Below are positions 1 through 15,000 of a DNA stretch of 64,000 bases, piece after piece. The notes below the pieces were generated by a model. It worked only from the letters and a program-made list of their open reading frames with translations. It made no database searches and had not been told where the DNA came from. Position 1 is the first letter of the stretch. The number at the start of each line of letters is the position of its first letter. The translations under genes were made by a program, and so were the position numbers. Location: NCBI GenBank assembly GCA_964016885.1, contig OZ024740.1:46624001-46688000 (forward strand), read 5' to 3'. Source of the stretch: Eledone cirrhosa (taxonomy: Eukaryota).

Positions 1-3000
1 CTATAGCCACAACCCAGTCTAACAGAATTACAATGTAACCTCTACTATAGCCACAACCTAGCCTAACAGAATTACAATGTAACCTCTACTATAGCCACAA
101 CCCAGCCTAACAGAATTACAATGTAACCTCTTCTATAGCCACAACCCAGTCTAACAGAGTTACAATGTAACCTCTACTATAGCCACAACCCAGCCTAACA
201 GAATTACAATGTAACCTCTACTATAGCCACAACCCAGCCTAACAGAATTACAATGTAACCTCTACTATAGCCACAACCTAGCCTAACAGAATTACAATGT
301 AACCTCTACTATAGCCACAACCCAGTCTAACAGAATTACAATGTAACCTCTACTATAGCCACAACCCAGCCTAACAGAATTACAATGTAACCTCTACTAT
401 AGCCACAACCCAGCCTAACAGAATTACAATGTAACCTCTTCTATAGCCACAACCCAGTCTAACAGAATTACAATGTAACCTCTACTATAGCCACAATCTA
501 GCCTAACAGAATTACAATGTAACCTCTACTATAGCCACAACCCAGCCTAACAGAATTACAATGTAACCTCTTCTATAGCCACAACCCAGTCTAACAGAAT
601 TACAATGTAACCTCTACTATAGCCACAACCCAACCTAACAGAATTACAATGTAACCTCGACTATAGCCACAACCCAGCCTAACAGAATCACAATGTAACC
701 CCTACTATAGCCACAACCTAGTCTAACAGAATTACAATGTAACCTCTACTATAGCCACAACCCAGTCTAACAGAATTCCAATGTAACCTCTACTATAGCC
801 ACAACCTAGCCTAACAGAATTCCAATGTAACCTCTACTATAGCCACAACCTAGCCTAACAGAATTACAATGTAACCTCTACTATAGCCACAACCCAGTCT
901 AACAGAATTACAATGTAACCTCTACTATAGCCACAACCTAGCCTAACAGAATTACAATGTAACCTCTACTATAGCCACAACCCAGTCTAACAAAATTACA
1001 ATGTAACCTCTACTATAGCCACAACCTAGCCTAACAGAATTACAATGTAACTTCTACTATAGCCACAACCCAGTCTAACAGAATTACAATGTAACCTCTA
1101 CTATAGCCACAACCTAGCCTAACAGAATTACAATGTAACCTCTACTATAGCCACAGCCCAGTCTAACAGAATTACAATGTTACCTCTACTATAGCCACAA
1201 CCTAGCCTAACAGAATTACAATGTAACCTCTACTATAGCCACAACCTAGCCTAACAGAATTACAATGTAAACTCTACTATAGTCACAACCCAGTCTAACA
1301 GAATTACAATGTAACCTCTACTATAGTCACAACCCAGCCTAACAGAATTACAATGTAACCTCTACTATAGCCACAACCTAGTCTAACAGAATTACAATGT
1401 AAACTCTACTATAGCCACAACCTAGCCTAACAGAATTACAATGTTTAACTCTACTATAGTCACAACCCAGTCTAACAGAATTACAATGTAACCTCTACTA
1501 TAGTCACAACCCAGCCTAACAGAATTACAATGTAACCTCTACTATAGCCACAACCTAGCCTAACAGAATTACAATGTAACCTCTACTATAGCCACAACCT
1601 AGCCTAACAGAATTACAATGTAACCTCTACTATAGCCACAACCTAGCCTAACAGAATTACAATGTAACCTCTACTATAGCCACAACCTAGCCTAACAGAA
1701 TTACAATGTAACCTCTACTATGGCCACAACCTAGCCTAACAGAATTACAATGTAACCTCTACTATAGCCACAACCTAGCCTAACAGAATTACAATGTAAC
1801 CTCTACTATAGCCACAACCTAGCCTAACAGAATTACAATGTAACCTCTACTATAGCCACAACCTAGCCTAACAGAATTACAATGTAAACTCTACTATAGT
1901 CACAACCCAGTCTAACAGAATTACAATGTAACCTCTACTATAGTCACAACCCAGCCTAACAGAATTACAATGTAACCTCTACTATAGCCACAACCTAGCC
2001 TAACAGAATTACAATGTAACCTCTACTATAGCCACAACCTAGCCTAACAGAATTACAATGTAACCTCTACTATAGCCACAACCTAGCCTAACAGAATTAC
2101 AATGTAACCTCTACTATAGCCACAACCTAGCCTAACAGAATTACAATGTAACCTCTACTATAGCCACAACCTAGCCTAACAGAATTACAATGTAACCTCT
2201 ACTATAGCCACAACCTAGCCTAACAGAATTACAATGTAACCTCTACTATAGCCACAACCTAGCCTAACAGAATTACAATGTAACCTCTACTATAGCCACA
2301 ACCTAGCCTAACAGAATTACAATGTAACCTCTACTATAGCCACAACCTAGCCTAACAGAATTACAATGTAAACTCTACTATAGTCACAACCCAGTCTAAC
2401 AGAATTACAATGTAACCTCTACTATAGTCACAACCCAGCCTAACAGAATTACAATGTAACCTCTACTATAGCCACAACCTAGCCTAACAGAATTACAATG
2501 TAACCTCTACTATAGCCACAACCTAGCCTAACAGAATTACAATGTAACCTCTACTATAGCCACAACCTAGCCTAACAGAATTACAATGTAACCTCTACTA
2601 TAGCCACAACCTAGCCTAACAGAATTACAATGTAAACTCTACTATAGTCACAACCCAGTCTAACAGAATTACAATGTAACCTCTACTATAGTCACAACCC
2701 AGCCTAACAGAATTACAATGTAACCTCTACTATAGCCACAACCTAGCCTAACAGAATTACAATGTAACCTCTACTATAGCCACAACCTAGCCTAACAGAA
2801 TTACAATGTAACCTCTACTATAGCCACAACCTAGCCTAACAGAATTACAATGTAACCTCTACTATAGCCACAACCTAGCCTAACAGAATTACAATGTAAC
2901 CTCTACTATAGCCACAACCTAGCCTAACAGAATTACAATGTAACCTCTACTATAGCCACAACCTAGCCTAACAGAATTACAATGTAACCTCTACTATAGC

Positions 3001-6000
3001 CACAACCTAGCCTAACAGAATTACAATGTAACCTCTACTATAGCCACAACCTAGCCTAACAGAATTACAATGTAAACTCTACTATAGTCACAACCCAGTC
3101 TAACAGAATTACAATGTAACCTCTAATATAGTCACAACCCAGCCTAACAGAATTACAATGTAACCTCTACTATAGCCACAACCTAGCCTAACAGAATTAC
3201 AATGTAACCTCTACTATAGCCACAACCTAGCCTAACAGAATTACAATGTAACCTCTACTATAGCCACAACCTAGTCTAACAGAATTACAATGTAACCTCT
3301 ACTATAGTCACAACCCATGTGTAACAGAATTACAATGTAACCTCTACTATAGCCACAAACCAGTCTATCAGAATTACAATGTAACCTCTACTATAGCCAC
3401 AACCTAGCCTAACAGAATTACAATGTAACCTCTACTATAGCCACAACCTAGCCTAACAGAATTACAATGTAACCTCTACTATAGCCACAACCCAGCCTAA
3501 CAGAATTACAATGTAACCTCTACTATAGCCACAACCTAGCCTAACAGAATTACAATGTAACCTCTACTATAGCCACAACCTAGCCTAACAGAATTACAAT
3601 GTAACCTCTACTATAGCCACAACCTAGCCTAACAGAATTACAATGTAACCTCTACTATAGCCACAACCTAGCCTAACAGAATTACAATGTAAACTCTACT
3701 ATAGTCACAACCCAGTCTAACAGAATTACAATGTAACCTCTACTATAGTCACAACCCAGCCTAACAGAATTACAATGTAACCTCTACTATAGCCACAACC
3801 TAGCCTAACAGAATTACAATGTAACCTCTACTATAGCCACAACCTAGCCTAACAGAATTACAATGTAAACTCTACTATAGTCACAACCCAGTCTAACAGA
3901 ATTACAATGTAACCTCTGCTATAGTCACAACCCAGCCTAACAGAATTAAAATGTAACCTCTACTATAGCCACAACCTAGCCTAACAGAATTACAATGTAA
4001 CCTCTACTATAGCCACAACCTAGCCTAACAGAATTACAATGTAACCTCTACTATAGCCACAACCTAGCCTAACAGAATTACAATGTAACCTCTACTATAG
4101 CCACAACCTAGCCTAACAGAATTACAATGTAAACTCTACTATAGTCACAACCCAGTCTAACAGAATTACAATGTAACCTCTACTATAGTCACAACCCAGC
4201 CTAACAGAATTACAATGTAACCTCTACTATAGCCACAACCTAGCCTAACAGAATTACAATGTAACCTCTACTATAGCCACAACCTAGCCTAACAGAATTA
4301 CAATGTAACCTCTACTATAGCCACAACCTAGCCTAACAGAATTACAATGTAACCTCTACTATAGCCACAACCTAGCCTAACAGAATTACAATGTAACCTC
4401 TACTATAGCCACAACCTAGCCTAACAGAATTACAATGTAACCTCTACTATAGCCACAACCTAGCCTAACAGAATTACAATGTAACCTCTACTATAGCCAC
4501 AACCTAGCCTAACAGAATTACAATGTAACCTCTACTATAGCCACAACCTAGCCTAACAGAATTACAATGTAACCTCTACTATAGCCACAACCTAGCCTAA
4601 CAGAATTACAATGTAAACTCTACTATAGTCACAACCCAGTCTAACAGAATTACAATGTAACCTCTAATATAGTCACAACCCAGCCTAACAGAATTACAAT
4701 GTAACCTCTACTATAGCCACAACCCAGCCTAACAGAATTACAATGTAACCTCTACTATAGCCACAACCCAGCCTAACAGAATTACAATGTAACCTCTACT
4801 ATAGCCACAACCTAGCCTAACAGAATTACAATGTAACCTCTACTATAGCCACAACCCAGTCTAACAGAATTACAATGTAACCTCTACTATAGCCACAACC
4901 CAGCCTAACAGAATTACAATGTAACCTCTACTATAGCCACAACCCAGCCTAACAGAATTACAATGTAACCTCTTCTATAGCCACAACCCAGTCTAACAGA
5001 ATTACAATGTAACCTCTACTATAGCCACAATCTAGCCTAACAGAATTACAATGTAACCTCTACTATAGCCACAACCCAGCCTAACAGAATTACAATGTAA
5101 CCTCTTCTATAGCCACAACCCAGTCTAACAGAATTACAATGTAACCTCTACTATAGCCACAACCCAACCTAACAGAATTACAATGTAACCTCGACTATAG
5201 CCACAACCCAGCCTAACAGAATCACAATGTAACCCCTACTATAGCCACAACCTAGTCTAACAGAATTACAATGTAACCTCTACTATAGCCACAACCCAGT
5301 CTAACAGAATTCCAATGTAACCTCTACTATAGCCACAACCTAGCCTAACAGAATTCCAATGTAACCTCTACTATAGCCACAACCTAGCCTAACAGAATTA
5401 CAATGTAACCTCTACTATAGCCACAACCCAGTCTAACAGAATTACAATGTAACCTCTACTATAGCCACAACCTAGCCTAACAGAATTACAATGTAACCTC
5501 TACTATAGCCACAACCCAGTCTAACAAAATTACAATGTAACCTCTACTATAGCCACAACCTAGCCTAACAGAATTACAATGTAACTTCTACTATAGCCAC
5601 AACCCAGTCTAACAGAATTACAATGTAACCTCTACTATAGCCACAACCTAGCCTAACAGAATTACAATGTAACCTCTACTATAGCCACAGCCCAGTCTAA
5701 CAGAATTACAATGTTACCTCTACTATAGCCACAACCTAGCCTAACAGAATTACAATGTAACCTCTACTATAGCCACAACCTAGCCTAACAGAATTACAAT
5801 GTAAACTCTACTATAGTCACAACCCAGTCTAACAGAATTACAATGTAACCTCTACTATAGTCACAACCCAGCCTAACAGAATTACAATGTAACCTCTACT
5901 ATAGCCACAACCTAGTCTAACAGAATTACAATGTAAACTCTACTATAGCCACAACCTAGCCTAACAGAATTACAATGTTTAACTCTACTATAGTCACAAC

Positions 6001-9000
6001 CCAGTCTAACAGAATTACAATGTAACCTCTACTATAGTCACAACCCAGCCTAACAGAATTACAATGTAACCTCTACTATAGCCACAACCTAGCCTAACAG
6101 AATTACAATGTAACCTCTACTATAGCCACAACCTAGCCTAACAGAATTACAATGTAACCTCTACTATAGCCACAACCCAGCCTAACAGAATTACAATGTA
6201 ACCTCTTCTATAGCCACAACCCAGTCTAACAGAGTTACAATGTAACCTCTACTATAGCCACAACCCAGCCTAACAGAATTACAATGTAACCTCTACTATA
6301 GTCACAACCCAGCCTAACAGAATTACAATGTAACCTCTACTATAGCCACAACCTAGTCTAACAGAATTACAATGTAAACTCTACTATAGCCACAACCTAG
6401 CCTAACAGAATTACAATGTTTAACTCTACTATAGTCACAACCCAGTCTAACAGAATTACAATGTAACCTCTACTATAGCCACAACCCAGTCTAACAGAAT
6501 TACAATGTAACCTCTACTATAGCCACAACCCAGCCTAACAGAATTACAATGTAACCTCTACTATAGCCACAACCCAGCCTAACAGAATTACAATGTAACC
6601 TCTTCTATAGCCACAACCCAGTCTAACAGAATTACAATGTAACCTCTACTATAGCCACAACCTAGCCTAACAGAATTACAATGTAACCTCTACTATAGCC
6701 ACAACCCAGCCTAACAGAATTACAATGTAACCTCTTCTATAGCCACAACCCAGTCTAACAGAGTTACAATGTAACCTCTACTATAGCCACAACCCAGCCT
6801 AACAGAATTACAATGTAACCTCTACTATAGCCACAACCCAGCCTAACAGAATTACAATGTAACCTCTACTATAGCCACAACCTAGCCTAACAGAATTACA
6901 ATGTAACCTCTACTATAGCCACAACCCAGTCTAACAGAATTACAATGTAACCTCTACTATAGCCACAACCCAGCCTAACAGAATTACAATGTAACCTCTA
7001 CTATAGCCACAACCCAGCCTAACAGAATTACAATGTAACCTCTTCTATAGCCACAACCCAGTCTAACAGAATTACAATGTAACCTCTACTATAGCCACAA
7101 TCTAGCCTAACAGAATTACAATGTAACCTCTACTATAGCCACAACCCAGCCTAACAGAATTACAATGTAACCTCTTCTATAGCCACAACCCAGTCTAACA
7201 GAATTACAATGTAACCTCTACTATAGCCACAACCCAACCTAACAGAATTACAATGTAACCTCGACTATAGCCACAACCCAGCCTAACAGAATCACAATGT
7301 AACCCCTACTATAGCCACAACCTAGTCTAACAGAATTACAATGTAACCTCTACTATAGCCACAACCCAGTCTAACAGAATTCCAATGTAACCTCTACTAT
7401 AGCCACAACCTAGCCTAACAGAATTCCAATGTAACCTCTACTATAGCCACAACCTAGCCTAACAGAATTACAATGTAACCTCTACTATAGCCACAACCCA
7501 GTCTAACAGAATTACAATGTAACCTCTACTATAGCCACAACCTAGCCTAACAGAATTACAATGTAACCTCTACTATAGCCACAACCCAGTCTAACAAAAT
7601 TACAATGTAACCTCTACTATAGCCACAACCTAGCCTAACAGAATTACAATGTAACTTCTACTATAGCCACAACCCAGTCTAACAGAATTACAATGTAACC
7701 TCTACTATAGCCACAACCTAGCCTAACAGAATTACAATGTAACCTCTACTATAGCCACAGCCCAGTCTAACAGAATTACAATGTTACCTCTACTATAGCC
7801 ACAACCTAGCCTAACAGAATTACAATGTAACCTCTACTATAGCCACAACCTAGCCTAACAGAATTACAATGTAAACTCTACTATAGTCACAACCCAGTCT
7901 AACAGAATTACAATGTAACCTCTACTATAGTCACAACCCAGCCTAACAGAATTACAATGTAACCTCTACTATAGCCACAACCTAGTCTAACAGAATTACA
8001 ATGTAAACTCTACTATAGCCACAACCTAGCCTAACAGAATTACAATGTTTAACTCTACTATAGTCACAACCCAGTCTAACAGAATTACAATGTAACCTCT
8101 ACTATAGTCACAACCCAGCCTAACAGAATTACAATGTAACCTCTACTATAGCCACAACCTAGCCTAACAGAATTACAATGTAACCTCTACTATAGCCACA
8201 ACCTAGCCTAACAGAATTACAATGTAACCTCTACTATAGCCACAACCTAGCCTAACAGAATTACAATGTAACCTCTACTATAGCCACAACCTAGCCTAAC
8301 AGAATTACAATGTAACCTCTACTATGGCCACAACCTAGCCTAACAGAATTACAATGTAACCTCTACTATAGCCACAACCTAGCCTAACAGAATTACAATG
8401 TAACCTCTACTATAGCCACAACCTAGCCTAACAGAATTACAATGTAACCTCTACTATAGCCACAACCTAGCCTAACAGAATTACAATGTAAACTCTACTA
8501 TAGTCACAACCCAGTCTAACAGAATTACAATGTAACCTCTACTATAGTCACAACCCAGCCTAACAGAATTACAATGTAACCTCTACTATAGCCACAACCT
8601 AGCCTAACAGAATTACAATGTAACCTCTACTATAGCCACAACCTAGCCTAACAGAATTACAATGTAACCTCTACTATAGCCACAACCTAGCCTAACAGAA
8701 TTACAATGTAACCTCTACTATAGCCACAACCTAGCCTAACAGAATTACAATGTAACCTCTACTATAGCCACAACCTAGCCTAACAGAATTACAATGTAAC
8801 CTCTACTATAGCCACAACCTAGCCTAACAGAATTACAATGTAACCTCTACTATAGCCACAACCTAGCCTAACAGAATTACAATGTAACCTCTACTATAGC
8901 CACAACCTAGCCTAACAGAATTACAATGTAACCTCTACTATAGCCACAACCTAGCCTAACAGAATTACAATGTAAACTCTACTATAGTCACAACCCAGTC

Positions 9001-12000
9001 TAACAGAATTACAATGTAACCTCTACTATAGTCACAACCCAGCCTAACAGAATTACAATGTAACCTCTACTATAGCCACAACCTAGCCTAACAGAATTAC
9101 AATGTAACCTCTACTATAGCCACAACCTAGCCTAACAGAATTACAATGTAACCTCTACTATAGCCACAACCTAGCCTAACAGAATTACAATGTAACCTCT
9201 ACTATAGCCACAACCTAGCCTAACAGAATTACAATGTAAACTCTACTATAGTCACAACCCAGTCTAACAGAATTACAATGTAACCTCTACTATAGTCACA
9301 ACCCAGCCTAACAGAATTACAATGTAACCTCTACTATAGCCACAACCTAGCCTAACAGAATTACAATGTAACCTCTACTATAGCCACAACCTAGCCTAAC
9401 AGAATTACAATGTAACCTCTACTATAGCCACAACCTAGCCTAACAGAATTACAATGTAACCTCTACTATAGCCACAACCTAGCCTAACAGAATTACAATG
9501 TAACCTCTACTATAGCCACAACCTAGCCTAACAGAATTACAATGTAACCTCTACTATAGCCACAACCTAGCCTAACAGAATTACAATGTAACCTCTACTA
9601 TAGCCACAACCTAGCCTAACAGAATTACAATGTAACCTCTACTATAGCCACAACCTAGCCTAACAGAATTACAATGTAAACTCTACTATAGTCACAACCC
9701 AGTCTAACAGAATTACAATGTAACCTCTAATATAGTCACAACCCAGCCTAACAGAATTACAATGTAACCTCTACTATAGCCACAACCTAGCCTAACAGAA
9801 TTACAATGTAACCTCTACTATAGCCACAACCTAGCCTAACAGAATTACAATGTAACCTCTACTATAGCCACAACCTAGTCTAACAGAATTACAATGTAAC
9901 CTCTACTATAGTCACAACCCATGTGTAACAGAATTACAATGTAACCTCTACTATAGCCACAAACCAGTCTATCAGAATTACAATGTAACCTCTACTATAG
10001 CCACAACCTAGCCTAACAGAATTACAATGTAACCTCTACTATAGCCACAACCTAGCCTAACAGAATTACAATGTAACCTCTACTATAGCCACAACCCAGC
10101 CTAACAGAATTACAATGTAACCTCTACTATAGCCACAACCTAGCCTAACAGAATTACAATGTAACCTCTACTATAGCCACAACCTAGCCTAACAGAATTA
10201 CAATGTAACCTCTACTATAGCCACAACCTAGCCTAACAGAATTACAATGTAACCTCTACTATAGCCACAACCTAGCCTAACAGAATTACAATGTAAACTC
10301 TACTATAGTCACAACCCAGTCTAACAGAATTACAATGTAACCTCTACTATAGTCACAACCCAGCCTAACAGAATTACAATGTAACCTCTACTATAGCCAC
10401 AACCTAGCCTAACAGAATTACAATGTAACCTCTACTATAGCCACAACCTAGCCTAACAGAATTACAATGTAAACTCTACTATAGTCACAACCCAGTCTAA
10501 CAGAATTACAATGTAACCTCTGCTATAGTCACAACCCAGCCTAACAGAATTAAAATGTAACCTCTACTATAGCCACAACCTAGCCTAACAGAATTACAAT
10601 GTAACCTCTACTATAGCCACAACCTAGCCTAACAGAATTACAATGTAACCTCTACTATAGCCACAACCTAGCCTAACAGAATTACAATGTAACCTCTACT
10701 ATAGCCACAACCTAGCCTAACAGAATTACAATGTAAACTCTACTATAGTCACAACCCAGTCTAACAGAATTACAATGTAACCTCTACTATAGTCACAACC
10801 CAGCCTAACAGAATTACAATGTAACCTCTACTATAGCCACAACCTAGCCTAACAGAATTACAATGTAACCTCTACTATAGCCACAACCTAGCCTAACAGA
10901 ATTACAATGTAACCTCTACTATAGCCACAACCTAGCCTAACAGAATTACAATGTAACCTCTACTATAGCCACAACCTAGCCTAACAGAATTACAATGTAA
11001 CCTCTACTATAGCCACAACCTAGCCTAACAGAATTACAATGTAACCTCTACTATAGCCACAACCTAGCCTAACAGAATTACAATGTAACCTCTACTATAG
11101 CCACAACCTAGCCTAACAGAATTACAATGTAACCTCTACTATAGCCACAACCTAGCCTAACAGAATTACAATGTAACCTCTACTATAGCCACAACCTAGC
11201 CTAACAGAATTACAATGTAAACTCTACTATAGTCACAACCCAGTCTAACAGAATTACAATGTAACCTCTAATATAGTCACAACCCAGCCTAACAGAATTA
11301 CAATGTAACCTCTACTATAGCCACAACCTAGCCTAACAGAATTACAATGTAACCTCTACTATAGCCACAACCTAGCCTAACAGAATTACAATGTAACCTC
11401 TACTATAGCCACAACCTAGTCTAACAGAATTACAATGTAACCTCTACTATAGTCACAACCCATGTGTAACAGAATTACAATGTAACCTCTACTATAGCCA
11501 CAAACCAGTCTATCAGAATTACAATGTAACCTCTACTATAGCCACAACCTAGCCTAACAGAATTACAATGTAACCTCTACTATAGACACAACCTAGCCTA
11601 ACAGAATTACAATGTAACCTCTACTATAGCCACAACCCAGCCTAACAGAATTACAATGTAACCTCTACTATAGCCACAACCTAGCCTAACAGAATTACAA
11701 TGTAACCTCTACTATAGCCACAACCCAGCCTAACAGAATTACATTGTAACCTCTACTATAGCCACAACCCAGCCTAACAGAATTACAATGTAACCTCTAC
11801 TATAGCCACAACCTAGCCTAACAGAATTACAATGTAACCTCTACTATAGCCACAACCCAGCCTAACAGAATTACAATGTAACCTCTACTATAGCCACAAC
11901 CTAGCCTAACAGAATTACAATGTAACCTCTACTATAGTCACAACCCAGTCTAACAGAATTACAATGTAACCTCTACTATAGCCATAACCTAGCCTAACAG

Positions 12001-15000
12001 AATTACAATGTAACCTCTACTATAGCCACAACCAAGACTAACAGAATTACAATGTAACCTCTACTATAGCCACAACCTACTAACAGAATTACAATGTAAC
12101 CTCTACTATAGCCACAACCCAGTCTAACAGAATTACAATGTAACCTCTACTATAGCCACAACCCAGCCTAACAGAATTACAATGTAACCTCTACTATAGC
12201 CACAACCCAGCCTAACAGAATTACAATGTAACCTCTTCTATAGCCACAACCCAGTCTAACAGAATTACAATGTAACCTCTACTATAGCCACAACCTAGCC
12301 TAACAGAATTACAATGTAACCTCTACTATAGCCACAACCCAGCCTAACAGAATTACAATGTAACCTCTTCTATAGCCACAACCCAGTCTAACAGAGTTAC
12401 AATGTAACCTCTACTATAGCCACAACCCAGCCTAACAGAATTACAATGTAACCTCTACTATAGCCACAACCCAGCCTAACAGAATTACAATGTAACCTCT
12501 ACTATAGCCACAACCTAGCCTAACAGAATTACAATGTAACCTCTACTATAGCCACAACCCAGTCTAACAGAATTACAATGTAACCTCTACTATAGCCACA
12601 ACCCAGCCTAACAGAATTACAATGTAACCTCTACTATAGCCACAACCCAGCCTAACAGAATTACAATGTAACCTCTTCTATAGCCACAACCCAGTCTAAC
12701 AGAATTACAATGTAACCTCTACTATAGCCACAATCTAGCCTAACAGAATTACAATGTAACCTCTACTATAGCCACAACCCAGCCTAACAGAATTACAATG
12801 TAACCTCTTCTATAGCCACAACCCAGTCTAACAGAATTACAATGTAACCTCTACTATAGCCACAACCCAACCTAACAGAATTACAATGTAACCTCGACTA
12901 TAGCCACAACCCAGCCTAACAGAATCACAATGTAACCCCTACTATAGCCACAACCTAGTCTAACAGAATTACAATGTAACCTCTACTATAGCCACAACCC
13001 AGTCTAACAGAATTCCAATGTAACCTCTACTATAGCCACAACCTAGCCTAACAGAATTCCAATGTAACCTCTACTATAGCCACAACCTAGCCTAACAGAA
13101 TTACAATGTAACCTCTACTATAGCCACAACCTAGCCTAACAGAATTACAATGTAACCTCTACTATGGCCACAACCTAGCCTAACAGAATTACAATGTAAC
13201 CTCTACTATAGCCACAACCTAGCCTAACAGAATTACAATGTAACCTCTACTATAGCCACAACCCAGTCTAACAGAATTCCAATGTAACCTCTACTATAGC
13301 CACAACCTAGCCTAACAGAATTCCAATGTAACCTCTACTATAGCCACAACCTAGCCTAACAGAATTACAATGTAACCTCTACTATAGCCACAACCCAGTA
13401 TAGCAGAATTACAATGTAACCTCTACTATAGCCACAACCCAGTCTAACAGAATTACAATGTAACCTCTACTATAGCCACAACCCAGCCTAACAGAATTAC
13501 AATGTAACCTCTACTATAGTCACAACCCAGCCTAACAGAATTACAATGTAACCTCTACTATAGCCACAACCCAGTCTAGCAGAATTACAATGTAACCTCT
13601 ACTATAGCCACAACCTAGTCTAACAGAATTACAATGTAAACTCTACTATAGCCACAACCTAGCCTAACAGAATTACAATGTTTAACTCTACTATAGTCAC
13701 AACCCAGTCTAACAGAATTACAATGTAACCTCTACTATAGTCACAACCCAGCCTAACAGAATTACAATGTAACCTCTACTATAGCCACAACCTAGCCTAA
13801 CAGAATTACAATGTAACCTCTACTATAGCCACAACCTAGCCTAACAGAATTACAATGTAACCTCTACTATAGCCACAACCTAGCCTAACAGAATTACAAT
13901 GTAACCTCTACTATAGCCACAACCTAGCCTAACAGAATTACAATGTAACCTCTACTATGGCCACAACCTAGCCTAACAGAATTACAATGTAACCTCTACT
14001 ATAGCCACAACCTAGCCTAACAGAATTACAATGTAACCTCTACTATAGCCACAACCTAGCCTAACAGAATTACAATGTAACCTCTACTATAGCCACAACC
14101 TAGCCTAACAGAATTACAATGTAAACTCTACTATAGTCACAACCCAGTCTAACAGAATTACAATGTAACCTCTACTATAGTCACAACCCAGCCTAACAGA
14201 ATTACAATGTAACCTCTACTATAGCCACAACCTAGCCTAACAGAATTACAATGTAACCTCTACTATAGCCACAACCTAGCCTAACAGAATTACAATGTAA
14301 CCTCTACTATAGCCACAACCTAGCCTAACAGAATTACAATGTAACCTCTACTATAGCCACAACCTAGCCTAACAGAATTACAATGTAACCTCTACTATAG
14401 CCACAACCTAGCCTAACAGAATTACAATGTAACCTCTACTATAGCCACAACCTAGCCTAACAGAATTACAATGTAACCTCTACTATAGCCACAACCTAGC
14501 CTAACAGAATTACAATGTAACCTCTACTATAGCCACAACCTAGCCTAACAGAATTACAATGTAACCTCTACTATAGCCACAACCTAGCCTAACAGAATTA
14601 CAATGTAAACTCTACTATAGTCACAACCCAGTCTAACAGAATTACAATGTAACCTCTACTATAGTCACAACCCAGCCTAACAGAATTACAATGTAACCTC
14701 TACTATAGCCACAACCTAGCCTAACAGAATTACAATGTAACCTCTACTATAGCCACAACCTAGCCTAACAGAATTACAATGTAACCTCTACTATAGCCAC
14801 AACCTAGCCTAACAGAATTACAATGTAACCTCTACTATAGCCACAACCTAGCCTAACAGAATTACAATGTAAACTCTACTATAGTCACAACCCAGTCTAA
14901 CAGAATTACAATGTAACCTCTACTATAGTCACAACCCAGCCTAACAGAATTACAATGTAACCTCTACTATAGCCACAACCTAGCCTAACAGAATTACAAT

